Shown one piece after another: positions 11,695 to 41,884 of a stretch of 64,000 nucleotides of DNA. The stretch is from Zygnema circumcarinatum SAG 698-1b (lineage: Eukaryota > Plantae > Zygnematophyceae). The notes under the pieces were generated by a model. That model saw only the letters and a list, made by a program, of their open reading frames with translations, made no database searches and was not told where the DNA came from. Location of the stretch: the NCBI GenBank assembly GCA_037447605.1, contig CM074810.1, positions 898,760-962,759 on the forward strand, in the 5' to 3' direction. Positions within the stretch are counted from its first letter, which is position 1. The number at the start of each line of letters is the position of its first letter. A program made the translations under genes and the position numbers.

Positions 11695-11870
11695 AATGGC
11701 ATCGATCTCATGCTGGCGATGATGCCATCAAATGTATACGGACAAAAGCAGCATGGGGAACCACCAGGAACGGGTCGCGAAGGACCTAAGGACAAAAGAA
11801 AAAAGCTAAGTGCGGGAAACTACGCCTCGGCGCAACAACGCAGCCCTCCCTCGAAGCAGCCGTGACGGTC
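11695..11870. repeat. Dispersed ~170-bp repeat family, inverted copy
   Basis: Reverse complement aligns along its length with 5104-5278, with scattered substitutions. Confidence 0.85.
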
Positions 11871-11964
11871 ACCGATGTGCGGCACATCACATCGCGAGGA
11901 GGGAGCGACGGAAGTCCACCAACAGGGTCACCAACGAAAGTCAGGCCGTTTTATAAGGAATTTA

Positions 11965-12079
11965 CTATTTTATACACCTTTTTGGTTAGGTTCGCACCTT
12001 AAAAAAAATCAAAATCCTAAATTAAAATCTGACCGGCTAGAAAAGGTGCGAATCTAGCCAAAAGAAGGTGTGAAAATAG
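11965..12079. repeat. Short AT-rich imperfect inverted repeat (MITE-like)
   Basis: Arm 11965-12000 CTATTTTATACACCTTTTTGGTTAGGTTCGCACCTT pairs with 12043-12079 AAGGTGCGAATCTAGCCAAAAGAAGGTGTGAAAATAG. Confidence 0.7.
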
Positions 12080-12228
12080 ACCCTAAGTTTTATAAAACAT
12101 TTTCAGTCGTGGCCTCTTCTATTTTGTCTTTATAGACGCCCTACTGACGATTTTTAAATGGAAGAGATGTACTTCAACGAATGTGTGTCAGATGCGTTTG
12201 GGCATCACTTGCTCAAGGTTTCAGTTCC

Positions 12229-12253
12229 GGGTTAGGGTTTAGGGTTTAGGGTT
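12229..12253 (+). repeat. Interstitial plant-type telomeric repeat (TTTAGGG)~3
   Basis: GGGTTAGGGTTTAGGGTTTAGGGTT. Confidence 0.75.
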
Positions 12254-12851
12254 GAAGGGCCATCGCGAACAAGCGTTTCCAAGCGGCTTTGCATCAAGCA
12301 CATGGCCATTTTGAGAGGAGTTTAAAGTGCTACTACAATCGTCTCTACTTATTACGAGTCAAGTTCCACGAGGTCCCGCTTAATTGCTTTGTTGAACACT
12401 GCGCAACCACTGGTCGAACATGTCATGGCCTATATACATGGGGTGTCTGTCCGCATTGATCCATGACTGCTCGCCATGAGCTTCCACTTCATGGAGGAAA
12501 CCTTGTTGCAAGGCCATCCATACCACTGATAAAAACCCAATGAATAAGAATCAAACTTCATTTTTTTTCCCTTTTTGTTTTTTTTTTTTTTTGAAAGTTA
12601 ATTTTGAAAGATTTCACTCTCGGCTCCTCCCGAGTTCCAAACGTACAGCGAAAGCATGTGCCCTGAACAAGCTGCCTACTCCTAAGCGCACTTCTAGCGC
12701 CCTGTGGGCAATACTTTCACAGATAACATGCATAGAGTCGCCACCGAGAGAGACCCCCTCCCTTCCTTTGGCCCGACTCTGCTGCCTCTCACGTTACCTA
12801 CTGTTGCTCATCAAAAAACGACAAATCCTGCAACGAACTGCAGAACCAGTC

Positions 12852-15800
12852 TTACGTATTCCTTTTCTTCTTTGCCTTGACAGGCTGAGAGGTGTACTTT
12901 GGCTGCTTCTGAGTAAGAGCCGTGCCCTGCATTGAACAGACAACAGCAGCATAACGGAGAACGAGAGTCATCCAACTGCATGGGGAATAGATGAAAAAGC
13001 GAGGAAGGAGATGAAGATTGAAGAGGGAGAAAAGGCGTAAAGGGAAAGGTGGAAGAGCCTGTACTCCTTTAGATAACATAAAAAAAGGGATGGTTGCTCC
13101 AAAGCTGCAGGACAATATCCTACCCAGCAATTCGTCCTCTCCATTCTCCAGCCCAGTTTCTAATCTAACAGGTGCAGGAAGCTACTTTTGAAGCAAGATT
13201 GAACGATGAATCAGCTTACCTGCAGCCATTCATTGTCCGCCACCTCGGATTCCTTTGTGCCGGTTTCAAGCTTCTTGGCTCGTCGAGACTTCTGCTTCTC
13301 CCAGCCATGGCCCATCCAACACCAGCTTATCAGGTGCTTGTTGAAAGGCGTGCATTGTTTTACTTTAAGAAATACCAAACAATTGCGCAATACAACACTA
13401 CTCAGGCACTACAATGCCTAGCAGGTTTTCCCATTGCAAGGAACATCTAAGAGACAGGTGAGAACAAGCTCCCAAAGCCACTTTCAGAATGGCGCGAAGG
13501 AGCATAAGGAGGGCTTGGGACAGCATGAAGAAACTGATCTTTTGCAAAGCAGGGCCAGCATTATCAGTTTCCTTTCCGACCACTTGGGAGAGAAGTTCTT
13601 CAGTTACAATGATTTGCAAAGTAGAGCCGGAAACAGACCTTGGAGAACTTCTGCAGCTGTGAGTATCCCCACATGCCGAGGAGGCCGAGCAGAGCGGACG
13701 CGAGGAGAAGAAGGAAGATGGACTCTCCACTAACAGAACCCCTCGGCTCTGTGATTTCTATGGTGCCGTTGTACCCAACACTCATATAAGGAGACGAATC
13801 CACCTCATACAAAAGGAACGTTGACAATCCAAATTCACGAGGCTGCAAGACAGCATCGAAGAGGCCGCATAAGTCCTGCCCAACTACATGCTTACAACCA
13901 AATTGGAAGGCAGGTATGTGAGTTGAGAGAAGTAATACTGATATTATTCATTATACGGAATATGAGAATTACCAGCAGCTGCCTTTGTGGGGTGAAGGTG
14001 TAGAAAAAGGACGCCTGCACACCAGGGGGTACTGTAGAATTGAACTCCTGAAACCCACAACAGCCCGAACCATGTCACCATTAGGAGTGGAACGCATCAT
14101 AGAGCCCAGAGACTCAACAAAACGTAGTTCAGGTCAGACTTTCTGTATTTAACTCTCCATGAAATGTGCTGCAATCACAGCTAGGAAAACAAAACCTACA
14201 GCATAAGGCCCTAAACGCACAACACAGAAAAATGACAGACCGACGGACAACAACGATCCTGCTGAACGTACTCTGGATACCCGCACACAGTGATCATGAT
14301 TGCCGTGAACAGTGGAAAAAGACAAACACCGACCTGGATGGTAAAGTTCTGTACAACAACACGGAAGTCTATAGGATGCACAAGTGCTCCCTTGATGCCA
14401 AGCACCTTCACCTCAGACTGTCCTGATCCCGCCACCCTTCACTCGTACCCATCAGACATTGCCTTGAATGTAGAGCTGCAAATGATACGTCTGACGAACT
14501 TTAAGCATTTAACCGCAAACGAATAGTACGAGGAGAACAATATTTTAACTGCAATAAGACAAACGCTTTTCTTCTTTCTCTGTTCCTATAGCTTGAACCT
14601 CCTGCATCTACTCTCTCAAATCGATTCCCCCGAGTTAAAACACACATACGGTGATCTTCGTCCCAGTGACTATCCAACTGAGAGAGTAAAACTATCTGAT
14701 CATTCCGACTCCAGCTCACGACTGACTTTCCGTGACTACCCTTGCCTATTTCCCTATGCTTGTTATATTTATCTTATTCATTTCTGCTTTCTTTGACTTC
14801 AATTTCCATCTGCCAGCTCCGAGTCTCACGATTCCACTTGTTTTCGCCTGCTTGACCTCATTTCCTCACTCCACCAACTGTACTCCTACTTTTCTCGTCA
14901 CTTATATGCGCATCTTCCCAAAGCTAAACAATCCCAACACCTTAAGATCTAAACAGGTCAGGTTTCTCAATAAAGTGGAACTGTTGCAATCCCTGCTAGA
15001 TTATCCCCTCGAACTGTCCACTCAGTTTGTCTTCGCAATGAGGGCATTTTCATACACCTATGGATCCTAACCTGCATATCTCTAAAATTCCTAAAGACCC
15101 TTAAGAGTCTTTAGGGCACGATGAGAGGACAGAGAGAAAGGAAGTGAGAGAAAGCGAGAGCGAGAGAGAAAGAGAGACAGAAAAGAGGGCATTGGGGGGG
15201 GGGGGGGGNNNNNNNNNNGGGGGGGGGGGGGGGGGGGGGGGGGAATTTGCGCATAAGAAGTGGTCTCACCGCCGTTGCTGAGTCCAACCACAAGTTCTGT
15301 CGTCTGGCCTGCAGGGATAACTGCCGCTCCCCAAAACGGCAAAATAATAAACAAATCAATGCAAGTCACCACTTAACTCCTCGAATTCAGATACTTCTGC
15401 CAATCCAGCAATCAACCAAGCATTCCAACTGCCAAACTCAATAAAAATCTCAATGCCAACAACCACTCTCCATTGTTGGCATTGTCAATGCTGCTTGTAA
15501 GGCGCTTACAAAACTGCTCGAACCGAAACCAAATCATCACATTTCAAATATGCGGCTACAGAAGACGCTGGCATCATGGAGCTGTTCTTGCTAATCACCT
15601 TTATCAGGATTTCCAGGAAACACATATACAGTCTGTATGCCAGGCGCCGGGGAGAGCACAGGCTCCTCCTCTATGGCCTCGTCAGGACCTCCTTCCGTTT
15701 CCACGGGAACGACATCGCTTATATCAGAACCGCCTTCAGAGTCCGGAAGGACTTCAGTAAGGTCCTCATCATCCTCCACGGAAGAACCCTCCTGAGCCCA

Positions 15801-16101
15801 AGCAACTGTTCACAGCACCCCCAATACACGTCACTAACGATCCTGAAAAGTCCAGCATTTCAAAAATCTGCAACTTGCATGTGATGGGGAGGGTCAGGGT
15901 ACAGGCAGGGAGGCAGCGAGTGGGAGGGAGAAGGGCAACGGAGTGCGTGGCGGAAAGGGAGGGCAAGAGGGAGGAAGAATGAAGGAGAATCATCGGGAGC
16001 AATTCCACCTGCATACCTTCAGACGCAGCAAGGGAAGCGATGAGAAGAAGTGCAGCGATGGCGAAAAACCGCCATGAAGTGGCCCGGATTCCCCTCACCA
16101 T
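12852..16101 (-). CDS. SSR1: Translocon-associated protein subunit alpha (TRAP-alpha/SSR1), spliced
   Basis: Signal peptide MVRGIRATSWRFFAIAALLLIASLAASE, acidic stretch, LSPAPGIQTVYVFP, VIPAGQTTELVVGLSN, VVVQNFT, ASFFYTFTP, PREFGL...YNGTIEITE...SGESIFLLLL (TM), ...DNEWLQGT and a basic tail ending KKKRNT*. Confidence 0.92.
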
Positions 16102-16400
16102 GACTGATCCCAGCCCGACGCAGGCCTCTGTATGACGAGGGGCCTCAGAAGCCCCTGCCTCCGCAGGAAGGCGCGGCGGTTAAGAGGGGGAGAGGCCGCA
16201 AAATGGGCTCAGAGGGAGAGAGGAGAGGGAGAGGGAGAGAGAGAGGGAGAGGGTGAGTCCACCTTCACCGGAGGTCAAGATCAACGAAATATCAGAGTCA
16301 GCAACCGTCCAGCGTCAGATCTCAAGGGTGGAATCCACGAGTTGTTGCTCCGCCGAAACCACGAGTTACGGTGCGGTAGGCCCACTAGGGATGATGGGGT

Positions 16401-16484
16401 TTGGCATTGGTCTCGCCATGCACATGCACAAGATGGAGAACCACGAGGAACTAACCGCTCACAGAGGACCCAAGGACGTAAGTA
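16401..16484. repeat. Dispersed repeat family, partial inverted copy upstream of TRAP-alpha
   Basis: GGCATTGGTCTCGCCATG...GGAGAACCACGAGGAACT...AAGGACGTAAG matches the reverse complement of 5189-5277. Confidence 0.7.
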
Positions 16485-17604
16485 AAGAGCTTCGAGCGGA
16501 ACTTTGCTTTCAGCTTACGCGTATAAATTTGAAAATCAGATTCCGTACTGCTCGAACTTTGATCTTCATCTTGTAAGAATATACGGAGTCCAATTTCGCC
16601 TCTTACGGTTTTGCTACAAATGAGAGCCCCCTCCTACCGTAGGGTAGGGAACTTCAAGCATCACAATAGTGAGACACGTTGGAGAGAGTGAATTGGCACA
16701 TTGGTTCGATGTTATGTCTTCGTCCGCGTTCATTACATGGTGTCATCAACATGACTTAAACAAAAGGGGATGTCAGTTTTAGCTTCTTGACATGGAATCC
16801 GAATCTGCCCGTAACAGGCTACTAGAGTCCGGGGGTCAAAACTCATAGCAAGCAAATTTGGATTCCATAACGCAAAGCCAAGTTCTAAACCTCCTACTCT
16901 TAAACGAGAGACGGAATGCACACTGGGGGATACAAATTCTAGTCCTTTGTGGCCGTGAATTATTGCGGCAAAATTTGCCGATTTTCAATAGTTTTTAACG
17001 GCAATGTTTTCCTGAAGTCCTGAAGTTTCCCTCACCCGGTCCTGAGAAAATTCCAAAGTTCGTCGAGCCAATTTCATACGGCCCTATTTCTAAATTTCAC
17101 AGAGAATGTGAAGTCTGAAACCCCTCATTGCTGCGTGTTGTTGTTCCTAAAACACATGCTTTGTAGGGATGGTGATTGAGGCACACGGGGCACTGTAACC
17201 AGTCCCAGAAAGACAGAGAGACAGACAGACCGACAGACAGAAACACAGACAGCGGCATGACCTGCGCAATTGGATGCTGCACGCGGCATGCTTTTAATCT
17301 TAGGAACGAGACTGACTGCCAAAGCCCGCTACTACCTCCACCATCCTATTCTATCTCCTACCATCGGATCATACTCGACGTCAAGGGCATTTTGACATCA
17401 GTGAGAGCCTGGATATCTTCCTTGCCCCTAACTGTTTCCTTGTTACTTATACACTATTAACACCAACGCTTTTCCTGTCCCAAATTTTTCCCCATCTTCA
17501 CTTTTGGGGCATGTCCTATGTACAGATATGCAGCTCCAATTGAATAACCTAATCTCCATTCTCAGAGAACGGGGTCCTCCTGCTTAGGCCCTCTTCTCTT
17601 CACT

Positions 17605-28102
<10,498 letters not shown>

Positions 28103-28290
28103 CAAAGGACCTCTCCTTTGCCACGTGTACTCAAAACTAGTCCAATTGTGACTTGACACGTCGGCAATTTATACACGTGACGCGTCGCCATTGGAAGATG
28201 CGCGACCATAGTGCGCAGGGGTGACTTGTGCAGGGGGCTCTCTCTCGCTCTCTCTCTCTCGCCTGCCAGCTTGCAAGCTTTGAAGCCGCA
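28103..28290. promoter_or_regulatory. Probable bidirectional promoter shared by the F-box/SNF2 gene and CSN5
   Basis: Divergent ATGs at 28102 (-) and 28291 (+) with 188 bp between them; CACGTG at 28122 and 28174. Confidence 0.7.
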
Positions 28291-30816
28291 ATGGATGCCG
28301 GGGCCTCCAGCAGTGGAGCCATGGCGCGCACGACCTGGGAGATAGAGAACACCATAGAGGAGGTGGAGGACGACGCAGTGTTTCGCTACAGCGAGGCGCA
28401 GCAGTCGGCAGCGCAGGCGGCCAAGCCGTGGGCGAAAGACCCTCACTTCTTCAAGACAGTGCGCATTTCGGCGCTGGCTCTCCTGAAGATGGTGGTGCAT
28501 GCTCGATCGGGGGGCAACATTGAGGTCATGGGTATCATGCAGGGGAAGCCTGATGGAGACGCGTTTGTGGTCATGGATGCCTTTGCTCTGCCTGTGGAGG
28601 GAACAGAGACACGTGTGAACGCGCAGGCAGACGCATATGAGTACATGGTTGCCTACGTGCAGACGAATAAGTCGGTATGGCCAAACAACCCTAAAGATAC
28701 AGTAGTGTCAGTAAGGTTTGAAACAATTGTTATACGCACGATACCCTGCACTAGCTTAACCCTGCACTTAGAAAAACAAATGATTCAGGTTCTGAATAAT
28801 TCTTGAGGGTAATGTATAATGAGTTTGTTTTCATGCACAGGGTTACAGGCTTTTGACATGTGGATGCAGGATCTTTTTAGATATGGTACAGGCGATGTGT
28901 GTTCAAAGTTTGTGGTCTAGGTATTTAGTTAAAGTGATCTGCTTGATGATGTTTGAAGGAAATGTGAAGTCATGGCTTAGGTATGGTGTATGGCGTTAAG
29001 GCTGAATTTTAGAAGTCACGATTTCGTCATTTCAAAAGTTATTGAGGAGCAGCCTGCCAGCAGTTTACCAGCCTTGGTGGAACGAAAAATTGTCATTTCA
29101 AGTTAATGATGTCGTGGGCCATCGAGGCAGTGTCAACAACCTGTTGGTTTACGACAACCAAAATGATATCGTTATGCAGAAACTAATACATGTCAGCTTC
29201 TTGCGGATGCAGGTAGGACGGTTAGAGAACGTGTGCGGTTGGTACCATTCTCATCCAGGCTATGGCTGCTGGTTATCGGGCATCGACGTGTCTACCCAGA
29301 TGCTGAACCAGCAGTTTACGGAGCCTTTTTTGGCCGTTGTGATAGATCCCACTCGTACAGTCTCTGCTGGCAAAGTAGAAATTGGAGCTTTCCGCACCTA
29401 TCCTTCTGGTTACAAACCGCCGGATGAGCCAGCCTCAGAGTATCAGACTATTCCCTTGAACAAGATTGAAGACTTTGGAGTGCATTGCAAACAGGTGAAG
29501 AACATATACGCTGCGAGGAATTCCTGAGGATTTCGGCACAACCTTCGTTGCGCTAACTTGTTTCCGGCAGGCCCCATGAGAGGAAGGAGAAACGACAGGT
29601 GAGGTTAAGGCATAACCAAACAAGCAGGTGGTTCATGGGCGCAGTATTATTCTCTTGATATCACATACTTCAAGTCATCCTTGGACTCACATCTGCTGGA
29701 CCTTCTTTGGAACAAATATTGGGTGAACACCCTCTCGTCTTCGCCATTACTAGGCAACCGGGATTACGTGGCGGGTCAGATATCCGATTTGGGTGAGCTA
29801 TCAAGCGCCTTTAACCCCTCTGAAAAAGAATAGTAAACGATGAGGGATGCTCAAGCGATATTTGGTCTCCACTCAGCAGCTCCCTTAGAAATCATAAAGC
29901 TGCCATTCTGGATTATATTGTCAGTTCTGTCAGCTTTAGGTTTAGGAGCTCACTCTATTCGTGATGGGTATACTGAGGCAGCGGAGAAGCTTGAGCAAGC
30001 GGAGGCCCACTTTGCACAGTCAGGGCGAATTGGAGGCTTCTTCATGCCGCCACAGCGGAAAAAGGAGGTAGGAACTCTCTATGAAGTCGTAGCATCTGTG
30101 TTAAGCAGGGGAAGTCTTATTATTGTCGTGTCTGTAGATGTCTGCATATGTCCATTCCCTCTACGGAGAAGAGTAGATGCTGGAAGCTGATTTCTGTTCT
30201 AAGACAAAGTTGTCCTTACGGTTAGAGTACGAAAGTGTCTATTTGAATCACTCTGTGGAGTTCAGTGTTGGCGGTTGTAACTGGTGGAGGGAACCCAGTC
30301 TCATTGGCTGCTGTTGGGATCAATTCTGATTGATGCCTCCTCATTTGACTGTCCTCCTGTTAATTCTCTTATAGTTGCCTGTGTCGCGGCTGTTTCCATA
30401 AAGTTTGAAACTTTCCATGGGTGCAGGAGGAGTCCCAGTTGGCGAAGATTAGCCGGGACAGCTCAAAGATCACTGGGGAGCAGCTGCATGGCCTCATGGC
30501 ACAGGTGGGTATTTACACAACATAAACATTCGTATGTGATGTACGATGTAAAGACTAACAAATGTTCAGTCAATGAAGTTCCTTAGAGCGATAGGGCCCA
30601 AGCTTGCAATATAAATGAGAAAACTCTTTAACTTCTCTGCTTGAAACTTCTCTTCTCTTCTCTGCTTGCTGCTCGAACCCTAAACCCAGTTGCGGAGTGT
30701 TGGCGGGGGGACAGGTCATTAAGGATGTGCTGTTCAACTCTGTCGTTCCAACGCATTCCTTGACCTCTTCAACTTCCAGCGATCCGTCAGGGCCTGAACC
30801 GATGGTAGAAGCGTAG
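28291..30816 (+). CDS. CSN5: COP9 signalosome subunit 5 (JAMM deneddylase), spliced
   Basis: Exons 28291-28674, 29213-29494, 29645-29792, 29982-30067, 30427-30504, 30715-30816. Motifs [76 protein letters not shown]. Confidence 0.97.
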
Positions 30817-31430
30817 GCAATTGAACATATTCGAAAGGAAAAAAAAAGAAAAAGTGTACAGATATCTTTTTTGTTCTGTAAAGTGTTTTCACCCTCCCCT
30901 AGACTCTCAATGGTGTGCCATGACATCAGGGCTATGGTGATGCATGGGTGCAATTGGCCCTGCCGGCTTTTGACACTTTCTGCCATGCAACTTGACGAAG
31001 GGCTAATCCTGAAATATCAATGCTAAGTCTACAAAGCTGAAACAGTGGGTCAGAGAATCAAGGGTCAAGGATTGGCGTTGACCTCAGGATGGCGACGCCG
31101 CCAAATGTGTATAGAAAGCGCAATAGGAGGCAAGGGAGGGCCTGCTCTCATTTTTAGTGTTCCCTCGTTCTCAATGTGAAGTGGGGAGTTGCTGAAAACC
31201 ACGAACACTCCAAAAAGCAGCCGCAACGGTTCTATGCTCTAAACACAGGACACGACCATAGAACAACCGTTTCCCTGTTACAGCGCAGTTACTGTTCACA
31301 CAAAGCAACGCCGTTCAACATGGAGTTCGCCGTCCTGTTGAACAGCGAACCAACAGTGCGGGCAACACAGAACAGGGTCTGGGAGCACAAAAGTCAACGG
31401 ATGGCACTTTTTTTTGTCATTTACCTGGCC

Positions 31431-33839
31431 ATGGCGGCACTCCTCCGCTCCCTCTCCCTCTTCCTCTTCCTCTCCCTCGCCCTCTCCCTCTTCCCCTCGT
31501 TGCTATGGGCAGCAGCGACGCCCTCTCTTCCTCCTCGCGATGGAGCGCAGCCGGCATGGCCCGGGGCAGTGCGCGCGCTGGCGGCGGGAGGGGACCGGCA
31601 GTTCAGGGCCGTGGCGTGGCCTCTCGCGCAGATGTGCGCGAACGCGTACCGCCTCCCCGCCATGGTGGAGGTGGAGGGATGGCATCCTGCGGCGCGGGTG
31701 GCTCCCGTCATGCCTCAGCATGGCGGAGTGCACGCAATCGCGTATGAGGTGAGTGAGAGGGTGGGAGAGGAGTGAGGATTGCTGAAGAGTGGAGATAAGC
31801 ACTCTGCTGTTCTGCTTCTTGGAGAAAATCAAAGTAGTCGGTGTTCTGTTGTATTGCGAGTTTTACGGTAGATTCAGTTTTCAAGTTTATTTTATCTTTT
31901 TTTTGAGAAATTGGAGGAGAGGGTGCGGTATACTATGAGCTTTTAGTGTCTGTAGTTGAGAAACGCTACAATGCAGGAGATACAGTAGAGCTTATGGAAT
32001 GATTGGACTTGCAGGAAAATTTATCAACGGCGTACGGTCGTATTGTAGTCGCTTTCCGTGGAACAAGTTTGACATTGACAGAGGATGGGAGAGCAGACCT
32101 CTGCGCTGACGTGCTGCTGTGGGGAGATGAGGGGGAGCCTCTGCCTGAGTACTGTGCGGATTTTAGTAGCGACACACTTGACTACTATACACAGGCTGTC
32201 AGGTACACGGAAGAAGTATGTACATGCACATTTTTTAGCATTTACATGCACATTCGTTTTTTTTATGGACATAAGCACATATCCGGGTGGTTAAGTTCAC
32301 ACTTATGATGGATCGGATGGCTACTCGTCGTTTCTAATGATTGCGTGAAGCCTTCATGTACTATGCATAACTGTATAGTGTCTGTGCTGGTTACAGGTGA
32401 TCCAGGCGTATCCAAACGCGTCAATATTGCTCACTGGTAGGCATACTTTAGTACACTATCTCAAGACCACACTCTGATCGGCTGGATCACTGTAAAGAAA
32501 AATTCTTTGGCGGTTATAAACATAAGCGAGAGTGAAGAATTCAAGCAAACACAAGTTGTGAAGTTGTAGGAATCATCACAGGTGTGAGTGTATGTACACA
32601 GCAGGAGCATCACAATACTCTCATCTTCTCGCTAGTTTTTTTTGTGACTTTGCCTTCACTCCTCTTTTCCCTTGAAATGTTTTCGTAGTTCTCCTCTCCT
32701 TTTTTATGTATCTGTGTCACAAAAAAGCGTTGGGGATGAAATGGTCTTCTTAAAGTAGAATTATAATGTCTACCTTAAGCGCTTTCAAAGAATCATCAGA
32801 TCTAACAGACACAAATGGAGTATGTATGTGTACAGGACACAGCCTTGGAGCAGGTCTTGCAATATTGGTTGGAGCCACACCTAATCTTTCAGATTCCGTA
32901 CTTCCCATTGTGGTGTTTGGGTAATTTCTCAGGCCTTCCTGCGTTGTGTTGTGAATGCGAAATCCAAATGAATTTTCAATTATATGTCAGAAACATTTCA
33001 ACCACTGTGTGCTTTCTACACCGGTTTCACGGTGTGGTTTCTCCCTACCAGGATTCATAATTCTATGCCCTTTTTTTTTCTTCCTTTCTTTCTTATCTGC
33101 AGGGCAGTGGGTACTAAACGGGTTCTAGCTACACGAGGTTTGGAACTTGGGAAGGAAATGGATGGCCTTGTGTACACCATAGGAGACATGTACGTTTATC
33201 TCTCTGAAACTGCGCGCACTAGAAGGGCATGAAGAGGGGGAGGAGAGTGAGAAATGGGGGAGGGATGTGAGGCAGAATGGGGAGGAGAAGGGAGGAAGGG
33301 GGGAGGGAGGAGCGGGAGGGTGGTGAGGAGCGGGAGTGGGGAAGGAGGGCAGGGGGGAGAGAGGGAGGAGAAGAAGACAAAGGGAGGAACTAGTTATGAA
33401 TTTTTGCGAGTTTGATTTATCATGGAAACAATTCGGGCTGTGCAGGTGGGACTACGTAATGCGCACCACGTGGCAGAATCTTGTCGGCTGCCTATGCCTT
33501 TACCCACGTCCAGAGCCTCTCAGCTGCGCTGCATGCTACAGCGTCCCTAAGGAGAGCAGAGAGGCCTTCTATTCTCCGGTTCCTCAGAAAACGAAAATCG
33601 CCCGCCCTTCTTCTCTCGAGTGGGCCAACTGGCTGCTCTCCCTTGTCAGCAGCAGACTTCAAGAAAGCAGAAGCGGAAACGGAAACGGAATCAGTGCGAA
33701 TGGTCTGTCACCAGAGTGCGTATCGTGTTTCTTAGAGACGCATTACTTCAAGCACATTATGTCCCTTGTTGAGAGTGCGACAAGACCCTCCTGCGCATCC
33801 CTTGGCTTGACCGTTGGGGGGCTCCTGGACAAGTCATGA
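31431..33839 (+). CDS. Secretory class-3 lipase (alpha/beta hydrolase) with Atg15-like motifs, spliced
   Basis: Signal peptide; LAQMCANAY; IVVAFRGTS; YYTQAV...YPNASILLTG|HSLGAGLA (GHSLG elbow split by an intron). Exons 31431-31748, 32015-32215, 32397-32436, 32836-32920, 33102-~33188, 33447-33839. An alternative ATG is at 31401. Confidence 0.8.
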
Positions 33840-34501
33840 AGGCCCTTGCCTTTTCTTTCGTGCGCAATTGCAGCTCGTCCACTTTTTAGCGTTGTTAGTG
33901 GTTTTCTCTGAGGCAGAGTTATGTGGAAAGGACATTTCGTTCTGGCAGGTGTCGAACTTTGCGATGCACACATCTCTCAACGGTTTTTTTTTGAAAGAAA
34001 CCAGTTTCAGCCATGGTTTTTTTTTACCAGCGTGACCAAGCAATGGCTACTTGTTTGGAGATTCTGCATTTAAGTTTTTTCTGCATTGTATATTTTTTAC
34101 GAAAGTCAATTTGGAGAGTTGGAATTCAATCACCTAGCGCATAAAGTTGGACCTTCCGTTTGGGGGGGGGTGGGGGGGGGGGGTGGGAGGGGCGGGGGGC
34201 GAGGGGGGGGAGGGGAAGCGAGAGTGAGAGAGGGGGATGAAAGAGCCAGAAAAAGAGGGGAAAGGGGAAAGGAGAGGGGAGGGAGAGACATAGAGGACGG
34301 GAGGGAGAGGGAGGGAGAACGAGAGAGGAAGAAACGTACCATGCATGTTGTGCACCCTTTCGAAGTACAACCACCACATTCTCTAACGCATGCATGATTG
34401 AATCACACATATCACTCACCATCATCATCTTTCAATCTAAGAGGACACTGTTGACCACGGGAACTGCCAACGAGACTGTGTACGAGGGGGTAGCATTCTG
34501 G

Positions 34502-41279
<6,778 letters not shown>

Positions 41280-41846
41280 CTGATGCCAATACAGAGTCTT
41301 CAAAGGGCCTGCAACATCATAAAGGAAAGACAAATAGCTTAAAGCATTATTATGAAGTCATGTATGTTTGAGAGATATTATGTGATGATGCGACGAAGCT
41401 GTCAACAGACTGTGTAGTCACTGGTTGAATGACATTCAATTGCACGTAGTCAGCTATCAGTAGAGCTAAATGACTCTACCGTCTGGCTTAACCAAAACGG
41501 CTTCATGCTATGAGAGTGTTAGTTCAGCATCCCAAATTAGGCTATGTCTCTATGCTTCCCCCTTCTCCCCAACCCCCTCTCTCTCCCCGACCTCCCTCAC
41601 TCACTCCCTCCAACTTTCCCCTCTCACTCTCGCTCGAGACGGGAAGCGTGCTTCGCTTCGCACACGTTTCCCAAACAAAGGGGCGCCACAGAAACGCTGT
41701 CAAAGCAAACCTATATGCGTGGCGAGTATAAAACGAGCCATTGCTTTCAAGAGCTTGCCAACTTGCAACTCTCGCATGCCTTCTCTTCCATGCACCCTAT
41801 CCTTCAGTTCACAGCTGTCCATTTGTCCCTTGACCTCATGCCCTCC

Positions 41847-41852
<6 letters not shown>

Positions 41853-41882
<30 letters not shown>
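41853..41882 (+). repeat. (CAG)10 trinucleotide repeat upstream of the GINT1 CDS
   Basis: Direct reading of the sequence. Confidence 0.9.

Positions 41883-41884
<2 letters not shown>

Noticed and set aside
16330-16450. CCACG motifs as ER-stress elements in the TRAP-alpha promoter
   Set aside because: No correctly spaced CCAAT-N9/10-CCACG pair, and part of the region is repeat-derived.
16253-16576. Small ORF divergent from TRAP-alpha
   Set aside because: No ATG start (GTG), no recognisable motif, and it overlaps a dispersed-repeat copy.
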